Of a stretch of DNA of 64,000 bases, positions 39,452 through 53,502 are shown in pieces; the stretch's first letter is position 1; the number at the start of each line of letters is the position of its first letter. The position numbers and the translations under genes were made by a program. This DNA is from Octopus sinensis. Lineage: Eukaryota. The DNA is taken from assembly GCF_006345805.1 (NCBI RefSeq), contig NC_043002.1:54746001-54810000 (forward strand). The letters are read 5' to 3'. Below the pieces are notes generated by a model. It did not search any database. It was not told the origin of the DNA and saw only the letters and a list, made by a program, of their open reading frames with translations.

Positions 39452-39777
39452 AAGAGTGCAATAACTGTGCAGAGTCACAATGATAACGGAGATAGTTAAG
39501 AACCCTTAAATGCCTAGAAATAGCAGTCAAAACAACCATAATGGATCCACTTTTGGTTCCTAACTTCGAAATTGCAATTGAGGACTAACCTTTTATTTTT
39601 ATTTAGGTTTTGAACTTTATGTGTCATGGCACTCACTGACAGCATTTATAGTTGTGGAGAAATAATATGAGTGATTATAGTGGCTTTATGGCGGTTTTGG
39701 CTGCTATTTCTAAGCATGTAAGGGTTTTTAACCCCCTTCCGTTATCATTGGTATTTATTTACAATTATTGCACTCTT
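39452..39777. mobile_element. MITE with an imperfect TIR of about 90 bp
   Basis: AAGAGTGCAATAA...AATGATAACGG...AACAACCATA mirrored at 39687-39777. Confidence 0.7.
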
Positions 39778-40989
39778 ATTCTATGAAATAATTTTGGATT
39801 GCAGGTTCTGGCCACTATTTGTAGATAATTTTGAATTGTCTACAATATATCCTGCGTAATGTATTTTTACATTCATTCCTCTTTTATACGTAAAGAGTAA
39901 GAGTATATACATAGACACATGCACACACAAATACAAACACAGATATATCTTTTGTGACACTCCATCGCTTACGAAGACAAGGGTTCCAGTTGATCTGATT
40001 AACGGAACAGCCTGCTCGTGAAATTAACATGCGAGTGGCTGAGCACTCCACAGATCCGTGTACCCTTAACATGGTTCTCAAGGAGATTCAGCGTGACAAG
40101 GCTGGTCCTTTAAAATACAGGTACAACAGAAACAGGAAGGAAGAGTGAGAGAAAGTTGTGGCGAAACAGTACAGCAGGGTTCAACACCAACCCCTGCCAG
40201 AGTCTCGTAGAGCTTTAGGTGTTTTTGCTCAATAAATACTCACAATACCTAGTCTGGGAATCGAAACCGCGATCCTATGACCGCAAGTCCACTGTCCTAA
40301 CAACTGGACCACTGCGCCTCCACACAAATATATATACATATACATAGACACACATACACACACAAATATATATACATATATACACACACACACATATACA
40401 TACAACATATATTATTTATCATCATCATCATCATTGTTTAACATCTACTTTGCCATGCTTATATTTCTATGCTCTGGCGCTCCTGTAAGATAACAGTGGT
40501 CTTGGTTTAAATAGGGTGAAACCACTATGACATCTTGGATACCAACTGATGAGAAGGTCAGCTGCGAATGTTCCTTCTATCCTGTTTTTGTCTCCCTTTT
40601 AGCTCACGATTTTGTCTATTTTCCCTTCTCTGTCTAACTTCTGAACGAACATGCATGCATGCATGCATGCATACATACATACATACATACATACATACAT
40701 AGAAATAATTGCACTCTGTGTGTGTTTAGCTGTCACTTGGAAACCAGAATGATCTGGTGATATGTATCATATATTAGTTAATTGTTTTGGGTACCTCTGT
40801 ATTGCCAGGTAGACATAGGCACGTTCTTAGCTCTACAATCCTTGAACCAGTGTGACATCCAAGACGTTACGGCTAGAAAGCAAGAGGGCTGCATTAGTAT
40901 CTGGAGGAGGAGTGCACTGGAGGAGATATTGAGAGTAGGAGGAGTACACTCTCTGTTCTAGTTATGTGGCTTTATTATACCAAAAATGG

Positions 40990-41560
40990 AAATCAAGACA
41001 ATGGTTCGCTGAAGGTAGTTGAAAGTTTCAAATACCTTGGTGCGTGGGCACAAAAGTACTGAAAAAGACATCGTAGCAAGGAAAGCTCTGGCCTGGAGCA
41101 CATATAAATTGAGAAAGATATGGAGTTCAAAGTTAGCAAGGAAATTGAAAGTGAGGTTGTTTCTGGCAACAGTGGAGTCTGTTCTTCTATACGGGGCGAA
41201 ACATGGACGTTCACAAAAGCATTGCAGAAACTGTTGGACAGTTTTATATGAGGATGCTTAGAATGGCACTCAATGTCTCTTGGAAGAGTCACACAACAAA
41301 CGCCAACTTATACCACAAGTAACATTGAAGATACAGCATAGAAGGATGAAGTTAGCTGGACACTGCATCAGACATTGCTAACAAGTTAGTGCTCTAACAA
41401 TCAATGGAAGGAAGAACCAGGAGAGGAGGGAGGAAGCCGACCTATATTAACAACTTGCTGGAGGATACTGGTATGGAAGGGGTACAGGAGCTGAGGACCA
41501 TTATGGAAAATCGAGATGAATGGGGGAAAACATGTGGAAACAGTCTTGGGGGCAACCTGA
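40990..41560 (+). mobile_element. RTE-like LINE RT C-terminal relic
   Basis: KVVESFKYLG...STEKDIVARKALAW...KLRKIWSSKL...RLFLATVESVLLYG. Confidence 0.8.
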
Positions 41561-43711
41561 AGGATGACCTACGTAGATAGATGGTATTTGGCTGTCTTTA
41601 CTGGACATCACTCAGTTTTGAGTCTTTAAACAAGATGGCCAATTCTCTGCTTGTCCATATTTTCCATGCAGACATTGACCTACCAATGTTCAAACTGGTT
41701 GTCAATCTGATTGATTTCCCCACCAGTCTAGGACAGCTTACAAAAGAGCAAACACTTCTCCTTGTCTTCTCTTAATTTATTTAAAAAGAAAACAAAACAA
41801 ATACAAACAAAAGTAGAAATCTTAAACAGCAAAAGATTTTTTGAGGTTGCCTTGATTTATTGCAATTTCTTCTTCTTCTTCTTCTTCTCCTCTTCCTCCT
41901 CCTCCTCCTTTCAAAGCAAAACAACAAAGACAATGTTACATCTGCCTTTCTGTGCCAATGTGGGTTGACTGACTTTACAGAGCAACACATTCAGATATTT
42001 TGCACACTGAGACACCTTCAGAGCATCAGTGGTCGACCATTATTCATTCAAACAAGTAACACACATTGCTTCTAAATGCAATTGAGAGAGAATGTTTGAA
42101 TACAAGACTCCTCAAACCTTTGACTTTTTTGCCTCTCTTATTTATGGGACAAACTTAATCTTAAAACTATTGTTTCTTTTTTGTAAATGCTTCGAATTTA
42201 TTATGTGTTGGTGTTGCAAAGACTATAAACTAATTCATTTTGTGTGGCTGTGTTGTTTTGAGATCAAATATCTTTACCATCAACTTGGCCTTTTCTTTAT
42301 CCAATAGAATGGTGAGTAATGAATGAAATATCTACCTGCAATTACCATCATCATCATCGTTTAATGCTCGCCTTCCATACTGGCATGGGTGGGATGGTTT
42401 GACAAGGGCCAGCCAGGCCGATGCTGGCACCAGATTTCTGTAACTGTTTTGGCAGGATTTTTACAACTGGATGCCCTTCCTAATACCAACCACTCAGCAG
42501 AATGGACTAAGTGCTTTTTACGTGGCACAAGCAGGTCAGTTTTATGTGGCACAGATGAGGTCAGTTTTGGCAAGGTTTTTACAGCTGGATGCTGTAGAGG
42601 AGGTACAAGGTTATTTGGCTGGAGTGAGAGAGGCCAGGAATGAAGACAGAAACAGGTGCGTTGCTGCAATGGAAATGCATGGTTACCCAACCTCAGAGAA
42701 GTGCAGGAGAAGGAGAGAGAGAGTTGGAGACAGCAGGATAGAGATGGCGGCAAAGTACTGGGCATACGCAATGATACAGTGAGACAGGGTGTGGGTGGAA
42801 CACACAGGCTGGAAACTAGTGGAGAGCAATGATACAATGGCACAGGGGCAAGTGGACAGGATTGGGGAGTGAGAGGTAAGCATAATACATGAAGCAAAAA
42901 TTTTGAGGAAGAGAAGAGATGTAGAGTGTGTGAGAAGTTTTCTTGTTAAGCGTGTGTGGGACACACAGCACTTCTAGAACTTAATTTTGTTGACATGAGT
43001 GGGTCTTCTCTAGAACTTCATATTGCCTGACATCTCAGTCCATTGTCATTTCTTCTGTGAGGCCTAACATCCTGAGATTGATCCTTACCACTTCATCCCA
43101 CATCTTCCTGGGTCTCCCTCTCCCGCGAGTACCATCCACTTTCAGTGATTGACATTTCTTTATGCAGCTGTCCTCATCCATCACATATCCAAACCCACAT
43201 AGTCGTTTCTTATTTTTTATCTTTTACTTGTTTCAGGCATTGAATTGTGGCCATGCTGGAGCACCACCTTGATGGGTTCATTTGAACAAATCAGCTCCAG
43301 TTATTATTTTTTTAAAGCCTGGTACTTATTCTATCAGTCTCTTTTGTGAAACTGCTAAGTTATGGGGGAATGTAACCACACCAACACCAGTTATCAAACA
43401 GTGACGAGGGACAAACACAGACACAAGGACACACACACGATGGGCACTTTCCAGTTTCCTGTCTTCTTCAGGTTGAAAAGGTAAAATGACAAAAAAAAAC
43501 AGAGAAACAAAGAAATTCAAAATATAAATAAGGAAATCCTGCTTTCTTATTCTGATAGAATGACATCGGCAATTTTTACTTTCAAAACTGGTAGCAAAGA
43601 AAAAGAAGAAAGAAAAAAGAGAAAGAGAAAAAGAGGGAAAAGAATTCTTAGTCAAACAGTTTAGTGTAAATTTGATGAACCTCACCTGTCATTTTTATCA
43701 TTCTTCTTGGG

Positions 43712-44257
43712 CAGTGGTTCTCAAACTTTTCCTAAAATTTTACGTGCCACTCCCCTTACAGTTTTTTCAATGATTCATGGTCCCCCATAGAATGTAGGAT
43801 GATTAACATGGGAAAAAATAACATACATTCATGTACCATCATTTTTTGACTATGAACAGCACTGCCCATAGACCTGCAACCCCGAAAACCACAACTTAAT
43901 CCAGGCAATTGGGATACAATAAATGCACATAAAAATATGAAGAATCAGTCGATCAATTGGTTACAAAGCAAATGAGAAACAAAATAATAATAATAATAAT
44001 AATAATGCACAATCAACCATCATACCAGCATATTTTCTCTCGGTCAATCACACTTGTTGTACAACAAGAGTGATTAGCAAATGAGTGTAGGAGTGGTGTG
44101 GGTTTTTGAGGCCAATGACAAAGAAAGACAATAGCATGTGAAAAATTAACTGTTTCAAGCCACTCCATGTTCACGATCCTTTAGCATCCCTTTGTGGTTT
44201 CCCTAAAATTGTTTTACAGTTCCTTAGGGGATTCTAGACCCTAGTTTAGAACCACTG
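43712..44257. mobile_element. hAT-like MITE
   Basis: CAGTGGTTCTCAAAC ... GTTTAGAACCACTG. Confidence 0.65.
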
Positions 44258-44289
44258 CTCTGGGACTTGATGTTAGTAATTCACAAATA

Positions 44290-44745
44290 TATTTATCCTC
44301 ATGCATTTTGAGGACTGAAGGTGTAGTAGTGTCAGAATACTTTCTGAGAATGTGCACTTTCAGGAACATGCGACAGTTTGGTAGAATACCTTCCACAGTT
44401 ACTGGACCTTACACAACTAGACTTGTTTTTGGGGGAGGCTTTACAGAAAAAGAAAGGTTACAGTACAAAAGCAGCAACAATCGAATTGAGGGCAAACATT
44501 GAACAAAAGTGCACACAAATACCCCATGAAATATTTCTTCTTGACGTTTCTGATTCCATTGTTTCATGTTATCACCAACGCCTGAACTAGAATGGACATC
44601 AGTTTGAAAACAGCTGCTCATAAAAAAATGAAATTCTGTCGGTAGATTCCATAAAATTTTGAAAATGAAATGCATTTTAATAAGCACTGCTTTTATAATC
44701 ATTCAATTTGTATATAGACTTTTTTGGGGGATAACCTGTATATAT
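44290..44745 (+). mobile_element. Tc1/mariner transposase C-terminal relic with right TIR
   Basis: PQLLDLTQLDLFLGEAL (degenerate SPDLTPLDFFLWG), ...NGHQFEN; ends GGGGATAACCTG-TA. Confidence 0.75.
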
Positions 44746-46570
44746 ACCGTAATATATAATAAACACACACACACATTTTTCAAAGAAATGATTTAGTGTG
44801 GCATTATCTGTTGATGGTTTTATGACCTGTACAAGCAACAAGTGTAGCTATACCTTGGTATGCTTTCACTCAGGTATTAGTTGCCAAAAAGAGAGGGTCG
44901 ATCCACATTCCACATCGTGGTATTATTTTTCTCTGAACCAAATTTTAAATTTTATTTTACCTGAAGAAAACATTTTTTTTTTTGCCATAATATAATCGTA
45001 TCATTCATCAATAAAAAACATGTGTGAAACAGCTGTAGTGAAACCTTAACCAATTTCTGTTCTTTCTTTAGGTAAATACCACACCAGAAACCTTCCCTGT
45101 GTTGGATCTGGAACTCAGAGTGGATCATGAAACTGAATGCTAGTGTGTAAAGGTATATAATTTCATATACACATATGTCTATATGGATGTGTTTAGTGAT
45201 GTGTTCACATACATGTGTTTGGACATTTCCATATATGTATGGGTATATACAGACATTTTTACATGGTATATACACGGATGGGTGGATCTCAACCTTCAGT
45301 GGGTGACTTTAATATTAAAATACCTTGATTCAAAAGAATCCTACAAACAATTATAAGAGGAATTGGTTGCTGTGTGCAAAAGAGAAGACTGCATTGGTTT
45401 GGTCATGTGATGTGGATAGATGCCAACAACTCTATAAAGAAATGCCAATCTCTCAAAGTGGATGGAACATGTGGGAGTCGGAAACCTAGGAAGACATTGG
45501 AAGAAGTATTGAAAAATGACCTCAGGATGCAGGACCTTTCAGACAAGATGACAAAGGACCAAGATGCCTGGTACCTTGCTGTACTCAAGAAGACCCGAAT
45601 TCTGCAGTAGAAGTGTTAAGATCAGTCTCTCTGGTGGTGTAAAGCATTCACAGCAGTTCCACAAAAAAGTGCCTGTGTGGTTCCACATAAAAGTACCTTT
45701 GCAGTGTCATGAAAATGTGCCCATGTGGTGCTATGTAAAAGCACCCAGCACACTCTGTAAAGTGGTTGGTGATAGGAAGGGCATCCAGCTGTGGAATCCA
45801 TGCTAAAACAGACAAGTGGAGCTTGGTGCAGCTCCCCAACTTGCCAGCTCTGGTCAAACTGTCCAACCCATGCCAGCATGGAAAACGGATGTTAAATGAT
45901 GATGATGATGATATATATACTTAAATGTGTTTGTGCTTGTGACACCTCGTCATAATATTGCATGAGAGTTGTAAATGAGAGTCACTGCCATACAAGCAGT
46001 GTCATCCATTTCCAGTATTCTGCAGAGACATGTCAGGCCATGGGAAATATTACCCTAACCCTACTCAGAAAGAAGTGAAGGTTGCTGAAGAAAATCTGCC
46101 TCAATAAACTATATCCAATCCATGAAGGCATGGAAAAGTGGACATTATAATGATAGTGATGATGCTGATGCTAATGAAGCTGATGCTAATGACGATGATG
46201 ATGATGAGGAGAAGGAGGCTAGGAGTCAGTTTCCAAAGTATGAAACCCCAATATCTTTAAATTCAGACACAAAAATGAAAGTTTCAAGTCACGGTTCAGC
46301 AGTTCATATTATTTCACAGTACTGTGTTGCATAAACAACCAAGACACCCTTCACAGCTCAGTACACTCAGCCGCAATCAGATACCATAGGGTGAAACTCT
46401 TTACCATTTCAAAGATAAACAACAGCACAGAGTTCAACCACTTTTGTGTGTATGAGAGAGAAATCCACAGAAGCTGACCTTGCCCAGAGAAACCACAGGA
46501 ACATGAAGTCTTCTGGAGTCTCCTTCCAAACCCCTTGGTTTGGGAGGAGAGATCATCATCATCATCATTT

Positions 46571-46886
46571 AATACATTATTTACATTTGATGGATATTTG
46601 TCAACCTGTTTGTTGTTAACACAACGTTTTGGCTGATATACCCTCCAGCCTTCATCAAGTGTCTTGGGGTAATTTCGAACCTGGGTTCTCATTCCTAAGG
46701 TATTTTTCGATGTTGTTGTTATTATTATTATCATTATTATTATTATTGTTCAAGTCACTGCTTGGAATCGAACTCAGAATCTTGGGGTTAGTAGCCCGTG
46801 CTCTTAACCACTACGCTATATGCCTGTCAAATGTAAATAATGTAAGTAATGTAAATACTGCACATCTCTTAAATATAGAACTGTAT
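46571..46886 (-). mobile_element. Best-preserved tRNA-head / (AAT)n / hammerhead-tail element, with inverted partial 3' repeat
   Basis: A box 46808-46818, B box GTTCGATTCC 46764-46773, HHR 46618-46663 (C3U, G12A), inverted tail end 46825-46886. Confidence 0.8.
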
Positions 46887-47406
46887 CATCATTTAATGTT
46901 CGTTTTTCCATGCTGGCATGGGTTGGACGACTTGACAAGGGCTGGCCAGCTAGGGAGTTGCACCAGGCTCCTATTGACTGTTTTAGCATGGTATTTTTAT
47001 GGCTGGATGCCCTTCCTAATACCAATCACTCTACAGGGTGTAGCGGGGGCTTTTGATGTGGCACCAGCACGTGTGGGGGTTTTTAAAGGAAGCCATGATC
47101 TTTATTCCTCCCCTGTTGTCATATGTCTGTGGGTTATAACATGTTTAACAGATTGTTGTCCAGTCATTAATATAATTGTCCAGAAGGTGGTAAGATGGCT
47201 GAATGGTTAGCACACTGGGAAAAATACTTAGTGGTATTTCATCTGTGTTCATGTTCTGAGTTCAAATGCTGCCGAGGTCAACTTTACCTTTCTACCTTTC
47301 AGGGTTGGTTGATAAATTAAGTACCAGTTATGCACTGGGGTCAATGTAATCAACTGATCCCTTCCCCCATAATTTCAGGCATTGTGCCTATAGTAAAAAG
47401 GATTAA

Positions 47407-48084
47407 CCCATTAAGTCCCAGAGTACTTCAATTTTTGAATATTAATTTTAAGTTTTTACAGATGATTGAAAATAGGTTAGAATGAAAGAAATAATTATTA
47501 AAACTCCTTTACTTCCTCATCATCATGGTTTAATGTCTGCTTTCCATGCTGGCATGGGTTGGACGGCTTGACTGAGGACTGGTGAGCCAGAAGGCTGCAC
47601 CAGGCTCCAATCTGATCTAGCAAATTTCTACAGCTGGATGCCCTTCCTAAAGCCAACCACTCCGAGAGTGTAGTGGGTGCTTTTACGTGCCACTGCCATG
47701 AGGGCCAGTCAGGCAGTTCTGGCAATGACCACACTCAAAAAGTGTTTTTTACATGCTGCCTCCACAGGAGCCAGTCTGGCGACACTGGCAACGACCATGC
47801 TCGAATGGTGTTTTTCACATGCCACTGGCACATGTGCTGATAAGTCCATGCTGGCAATGAACACGCTTGAATGGTGCTTTTTACATGCCGCTGGCATGGG
47901 AGCCAATCTGTGGCCCTGGCAATAATTACTCTCATATGTGCTTTTAACATTCCACTGGCAAGAGTGCCAATCAGAGAAATGGAAATACTTGGTGTCCTAT
48001 AAATAGGACACTGAGACAATGTGATATAGCTTATTTAATGTTCTCATTTATTGTCCTATTTATAGAACAGTGGGACTTAATGGG
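47407..48084. mobile_element. piggyBac-like MITE containing an RTE-type repeat
   Basis: TTAA-CCCATTAAGTCCCA ... TGGGACTTAATGGG-TTAA; internal hairpin GTGTCCTAT-AA-ATAGGACAC. Confidence 0.8.
47515..47965 (-). mobile_element. RTE-type 3' repeat with (GAT)n tail, here carrying five tandem units of about 65 bp
   Basis: GCTGGATGCCCTTCCTAA core; other copies at 19505, 21090, 42350, 45700, 46885, 50510, 56440, 63760. Confidence 0.75.
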
Positions 48085-51000
48085 TTAATATAATTCTTCA
48101 ACTAACACTTGTCCAGATACACCTTTCACAGCTAATAAATACCTTGGCGTGGGGTGAAGTCACTGCTTCTCAATGGAATATCGTCGAAGTTGGGATTTAC
48201 ATTGCTATCTGGCCTTAAAGTATAAGCAGCCCATAACAGTCTCAGGTGAAACACAGAGGCTAAGGAGAAAAACACTTGTGACCCTGAGATAGCAATTGAT
48301 GATGATATAGAAGGGTTTCCAGCACTATAATGGACTTAGAAAAACCCGAAAAACCCCAGAGTAGTTCCTGTGTAGGGCAAAAGCATCCCTGATGTTTATT
48401 CGACTCAATGATTGCAGAAGTCTGGAAGATAATTAAATTAACCCCATGACAACGATTTTTGATCAGGCAGCTAGGTTGCACTAACAGTAATCATCTCAGC
48501 CGAGATCAGCAATTAGCACACAACAATGGTTCGGCGTATATTTATGTCAACTGCTTTAAAGCTTGTACTGTTTATTTATGTAAACTGTTCATCACTATGA
48601 GGACCATAAATTCAACAAGACTGGCATGGCTGGTTGTGACTGTAAGTTCCGTGATTGACCAGAAGAATTTGCTGAACATGTATGAATTTGATTGGTCAGT
48701 CATAGTGGAAATGGTAGTGTAACCACCAGAACTGCTGCTTTTATGCTGTTATGATGATGAAGTCTTGAACTGAGTTGGAAACATGAAGAGTCTAACAAAT
48801 CTATCAGATTCCTTGAAATTTGCAAGGTGGCCTCTATTATCGATTCTGTGAATGATAGCAGATATTTATATCAACCGGTAGACAAGCAAGCACAAAACCG
48901 CAGCAGATAGGGCTGCGTATATTTTTGTCATCTGATTCAAAGCGAGTACACAGCACACATAAATTTACATCAACTGATGTTATGGAGCTAATCCACAGTT
49001 TATAGCTGGTATTTGACCTGAGAAGGATGAAAGGCAAAGTGAAACATACAATGAACAGGCATCTGGGGTAGGGGAATCTTGTGGTGTTGGTCACTTAGAT
49101 GCTAACTGGACCTTATGAGTCCTGAGGCTCAAGAAAAATAAAGACAAAAAGACCTGTCCATACCATTACAGGACGAAATCATGGGTATTGAAATGACAAG
49201 ACAATAGATGATAGAGCTGATGGGGCACAAAACAATCAGACAAGATGCTTGTAGTTCATATTGTTAGAAGCACAGCCTTTTACATGTGGTGAAAATTTTA
49301 AACTCTCCAATGACTCAGTCTGTGTAGCTGTAAATAAAAATCACAGTATAAAACAGGTTATTGTCATAAGCAGTGTTAGCACTTCAATAATTGGTAATTC
49401 TTTACTATTTCCTGGCTTTTATAAACAACATATTTTTATAGGAATAAAAAAAAAGAAAAAAACATTTAAATTATAAAAGATCGAATTATCAAAAAAAAAA
49501 ACCATAGCTACCTCAGAAGAGAAACAAAGATAAAGAAAGAAATGGGGTGAGGGTGGGGAATTAAGCAGCAGAAGATACAGGGGGGTGGCAGTAATGGGTT
49601 GTACACCCCAGATCAAATGGCATGTGTAGCTGCGCCTTGCAAACAGGATTGCAAAGGCATTGCCAAGGAGAATGACCGGTGGTACTTACTGCAGCAGCGA
49701 CCCCAATCTTGCAGGGACTCATTTCTCGGATGGATTGTAGCTATCCTGATTTTACTGAAGAAATTGGCAAAGCCAGGATCTGAGAACACTTGAGCTCTTG
49801 ACAGTGACTGGCATGAACTGATGGAGAACTGAATTCTGCCAGTGGGAGTTGTTATGTATCTTAGCCCAGCATCCTATCCAGGGGCAACTTGTCTTTCATC
49901 CATTTGACACTGGAGACAAACACTAGCTGAATGGTCTGGGAAAAGGTATCAAAAATAGGAATTTTCATTAAAAGTAATTCTGAACCTAGGCATAAGGGCT
50001 CTGATTTAAGGAGGAAAGATAAAATTAATTAGTTCAACCCAAGCCAGCATGGAACAAGGACAGTAAATGTTGATGATGAAATAATTAATTAGATTTCCAT
50101 GGGGGGGGGGAGTACTTATTGTATCATCCTCAGGTGGAGGGAAAGTTATATCAGTTCAAACAAGATATGAACTTACAGCATGAAGGAGTGTAGCTAAACA
50201 ACACAATGTATTTTGTCTGATGCTCCACTGAGTCTTGTCCTCCTGGGCCCAGGAACTTTGGAAAAAAAATAGTCTCCACTTTTTTTATAACTGCATATTG
50301 CATAGAAGTATTCCTTGTGTCCAATGATTTTGATTTTAGGGTGAACAGTGGCTTCCCTGTCGCACACAGGAATTGTCATTGACAGCTTGGAATCAGAACA
50401 GAATTGAGAATCAATAACAAGGCAGACGAGGACATTTGGTAAACACTGGTCTCAAGCTAAGCATTCCAATCTTCTTCATCAGCACCACCATGACAATGAT
50501 GACCACCACTACCACCATCACCATTTAGTGTCTGTTTTCCATGCTGGTATGGGTCAGATGGCTCCAGAGGAACTAATAGGGCAGAAGACTGCACGAAGCC
50601 CCAATGTCTGCTTCAGGATGGTTTCTACAGCTGGATACCCTTCATAACACAAACTACTTCACAGGGTGGACTGGGTACTTTTCTTGTGATGCTGGTCCTC
50701 ATGAGGTTGCCAAGTAATTTTCAAGACAAAGAAAAAAGGTCCCTCAACTGAGAAGAGTTGTAGGAGAGAGTGGTGGAGGAGGCTTTATGCCAGATATTGA
50801 GAGATCAAAGTATGATAGAGGGACAATATAGGGGATACATGGTTACCCCACATTATATAAGGGTGAATGGGAGTAACTGGAAAGAGGGCAAACATGATGG
50901 TGACGAGGTGTCAGAATGTTCTCTAAAGAAACAAGGTGAGTTTAAGGGAGAATGTAGGCAGGGTTGGGAAGAGTGGGCAGGAAGGTTCATAAGATCTGCT

Positions 51001-52608
51001 ACATCTTGCCTTTGAAACTCTTTGAAAACTGAGAATGAAATACCAGCAGCAGATTTGAGCTTATCCATCCTAGCTAGTTAATCCAGTTGGTTACTTTGTT
51101 TTTCATGAATATCAAATGAAGGATTTTCTTTTCTTTTTCTTTTTTTCATATATTGGAAGTCATGTTTTTCTCTTTTAGATAACCTTTCCAAATTCTAACA
51201 AAATGTTCATCGATTTTGTCTTTGGTCAGTGAGTGTTACTTCCTACTTGTTTCTATTTAGAAATCAAAGGAAATTACAACTATTCCCTTCAAACCCTGCT
51301 CTTGTAACCTGGACATTAATGTTTTGAAACTGACCTTTTTTCCATTTCATACAGATTCAATGCTGAGTTGCTGAAGCAGAAATATCGTTATAGCAAATAT
51401 TCTGCTCAATACCACAGATCTGCTTGTCAGTTGTTTGGCCGTAACCACTTAAGCATGTCCCTTAGTGGCTGACGATATGCACATCTCTGGTGATGAACAG
51501 GAGTAGTGAGGGGGCATCATAACCATGTGTTGAGAGGGATTCTTAGGGGTTTGAATAAATATTGTAACAAAAGCAAAGTTTGAAAGGAATATTAGCCATT
51601 ATTCATATTTTCTAGGGGTCAGCAAATAGGAAATAACAGTTGATAGCCAAGGACAAAAATCATGTTACACAGTGTTGCCAGCATGGGTGTGTGTTGGTAA
51701 GATATTTGCTTCTCAGCCAAGTAGTTTTGGGTTCAGTCCCACTCCATAGCACTTTAGGCAAGTGTTTACTTCTATAGCCTCAGGCTGACCAAAACTTTGT
51801 CAGTGGACTTGGTAGACGGAAAATGAAAGAAGCTTGCCTCTTTCTCTCTCTCTCTCTTTCTACAAATGTATCCATGTGTATGTGTGTGTGTGAGTCTTTG
51901 TGTCTGTGTGTCCCCGCTACCACTTGACAACTGGTACTGATGTGTTTACATCCTGATAACTTAGCGGTCCATCAAGAGAGACCAATACAATCAGTACCAG
52001 GTGAAAAAACAAATCAAACAAAATCTGTGACTGACTCAGTTGACTAAAAATACGCTCAAGGTGGTGCTCCAGCATGGTTGCAGTCCAATAACTGAAACAA
52101 GTCAAAAATAAAAGATACAAAAACAACAAAAAGTTTTTTTAAGTAAAACAAAAATAGATTTTATTTTATTCCTTTTCTTTTCTCCTGAATATTTTAAAGT
52201 TTCCATTTATTGTGAAACCTCGATCCATTAAAAAACTTTCCCCAAAAATAATCTCAAAATAAAAAAGATAAACAATTTAACTTAATTTTTTCCATAAATT
52301 AACAATAACCAACACTCTGAGGAAAGACTTCAAGAATTTATCCTGGGGAACCTGGACAAATATTATAATTGGAATCCTCCCTAGGAATACATCCAAAAAT
52401 TCAACAATCTATATTTTCTCTCCTCTGTCTCTTCCCTTCTCACACACTCTCATTTTTTCTCTCTCTTGTTCTCTTTCTCTCTCGTTCTCTTTCTCAGATA
52501 CTGTAAATAGTTTATGGACCCTTTGGACTTCTTTCTTAAACCCAAATATTAAATAACGGTTCCTGATTTAGGAACAAGGCAAACCCAAATATGTAAGAAA
52601 CAAAACTA

Positions 52609-53502
52609 CGAGGTCTGATCAATAAGTATCCGAACTGTTGCTATAGTAACAAAGCTAAAGCACACATAGTGAAGCCACTTGGCATCGATTAACCTTGAAC
52701 TCTGCTGTGCATGCACACTAAGTTTTAATATTCTAACTTACTTCCATTGTTTACAGTAGTGCTTGGAAGGAAAGTGTGTAGCATGTGGTTGTCACATTGA
52801 CTATGACAGAGCAAGTTGTCATGGCGATATCTGCTAAGAGGCCTATGCAAAGTTGCAGAAAGTGTATGAAGAGCGGTATATGAGCCACACACAAGTGAAC
52901 GGGTGGTTCAGATGTTTCCAATATAGGCGAAGAAATGTTGATATTAATGAATGTTTTTGGAGACCCACAACCAGTAGAACTGAGAAAAACATTGCAGATG
53001 TGCGTGCAGCTGTGAGGGGAAATCATTGAATAACAATCCGTGAGTTATCAGAGGATGCGTAGATTAGTTACGGTTCAGTTCAGTCCATTATCACTGAAGA
53101 TTTGGGTATGAGATGCGTGTCTGTCAAGTTTGTGCCAAAACTGCTTTCAGCTGACCAAAAAGATACTCAGGTTTCAGTTGCACAAGATCTCCCTAATTGT
53201 GTCGAGAATGATGAAAATTTTCAAAAATTTTGTGTAGGCTTCTGAGCAGGTATCACCAAGCTTTTGGCAAAATTTGATGCAGATTCTCTGCTCAACTTTC
53301 TCTGTTATGGTCAATGCAATGATCACATGCTACACACCTTCATACCAAGCACTGCTGTAAACAGCAAAAGTGAGCTAGATTGTTAAAACTTGGTGCACAT
53401 GCAGAACAGAGTTCAAGATCAACCTGTATCTAGCAACTTTATTCTGCAGGCTTTAGCTTCGTTACTATGGCAACAGTTCAGATACATATTGAGGAGACCA
53501 CG
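52609..53502 (+). mobile_element. Internally deleted mariner transposon
   Basis: TA TSDs; TIR CGAGGTCTGATCAATAAGTATCCGAACTGTTGCTATAGTAAC; N-terminal HTH relic ...WFRCF...RTEKNIADVRAAV...TIREL...EDLGMRCVSVKFVPKLL; no DDD domain. Confidence 0.85.

Noticed and set aside
45022-45040. GAAACAGCTGTAG, matching the family C catalytic end
   Set aside because: No upstream core box or helix II.
46751-46824. tRNA-like sequence with A and B boxes
   Set aside because: No acceptor-stem closure; it is a repeated SINE head, not a tRNA gene. The same applies to the other SINE heads.
48100-49100. About 1 kb of balanced-composition unique-looking sequence that resembles coding DNA
   Set aside because: Every frame I translated on either strand has repeated stops and no recognisable motif; possibly an old TE relic.
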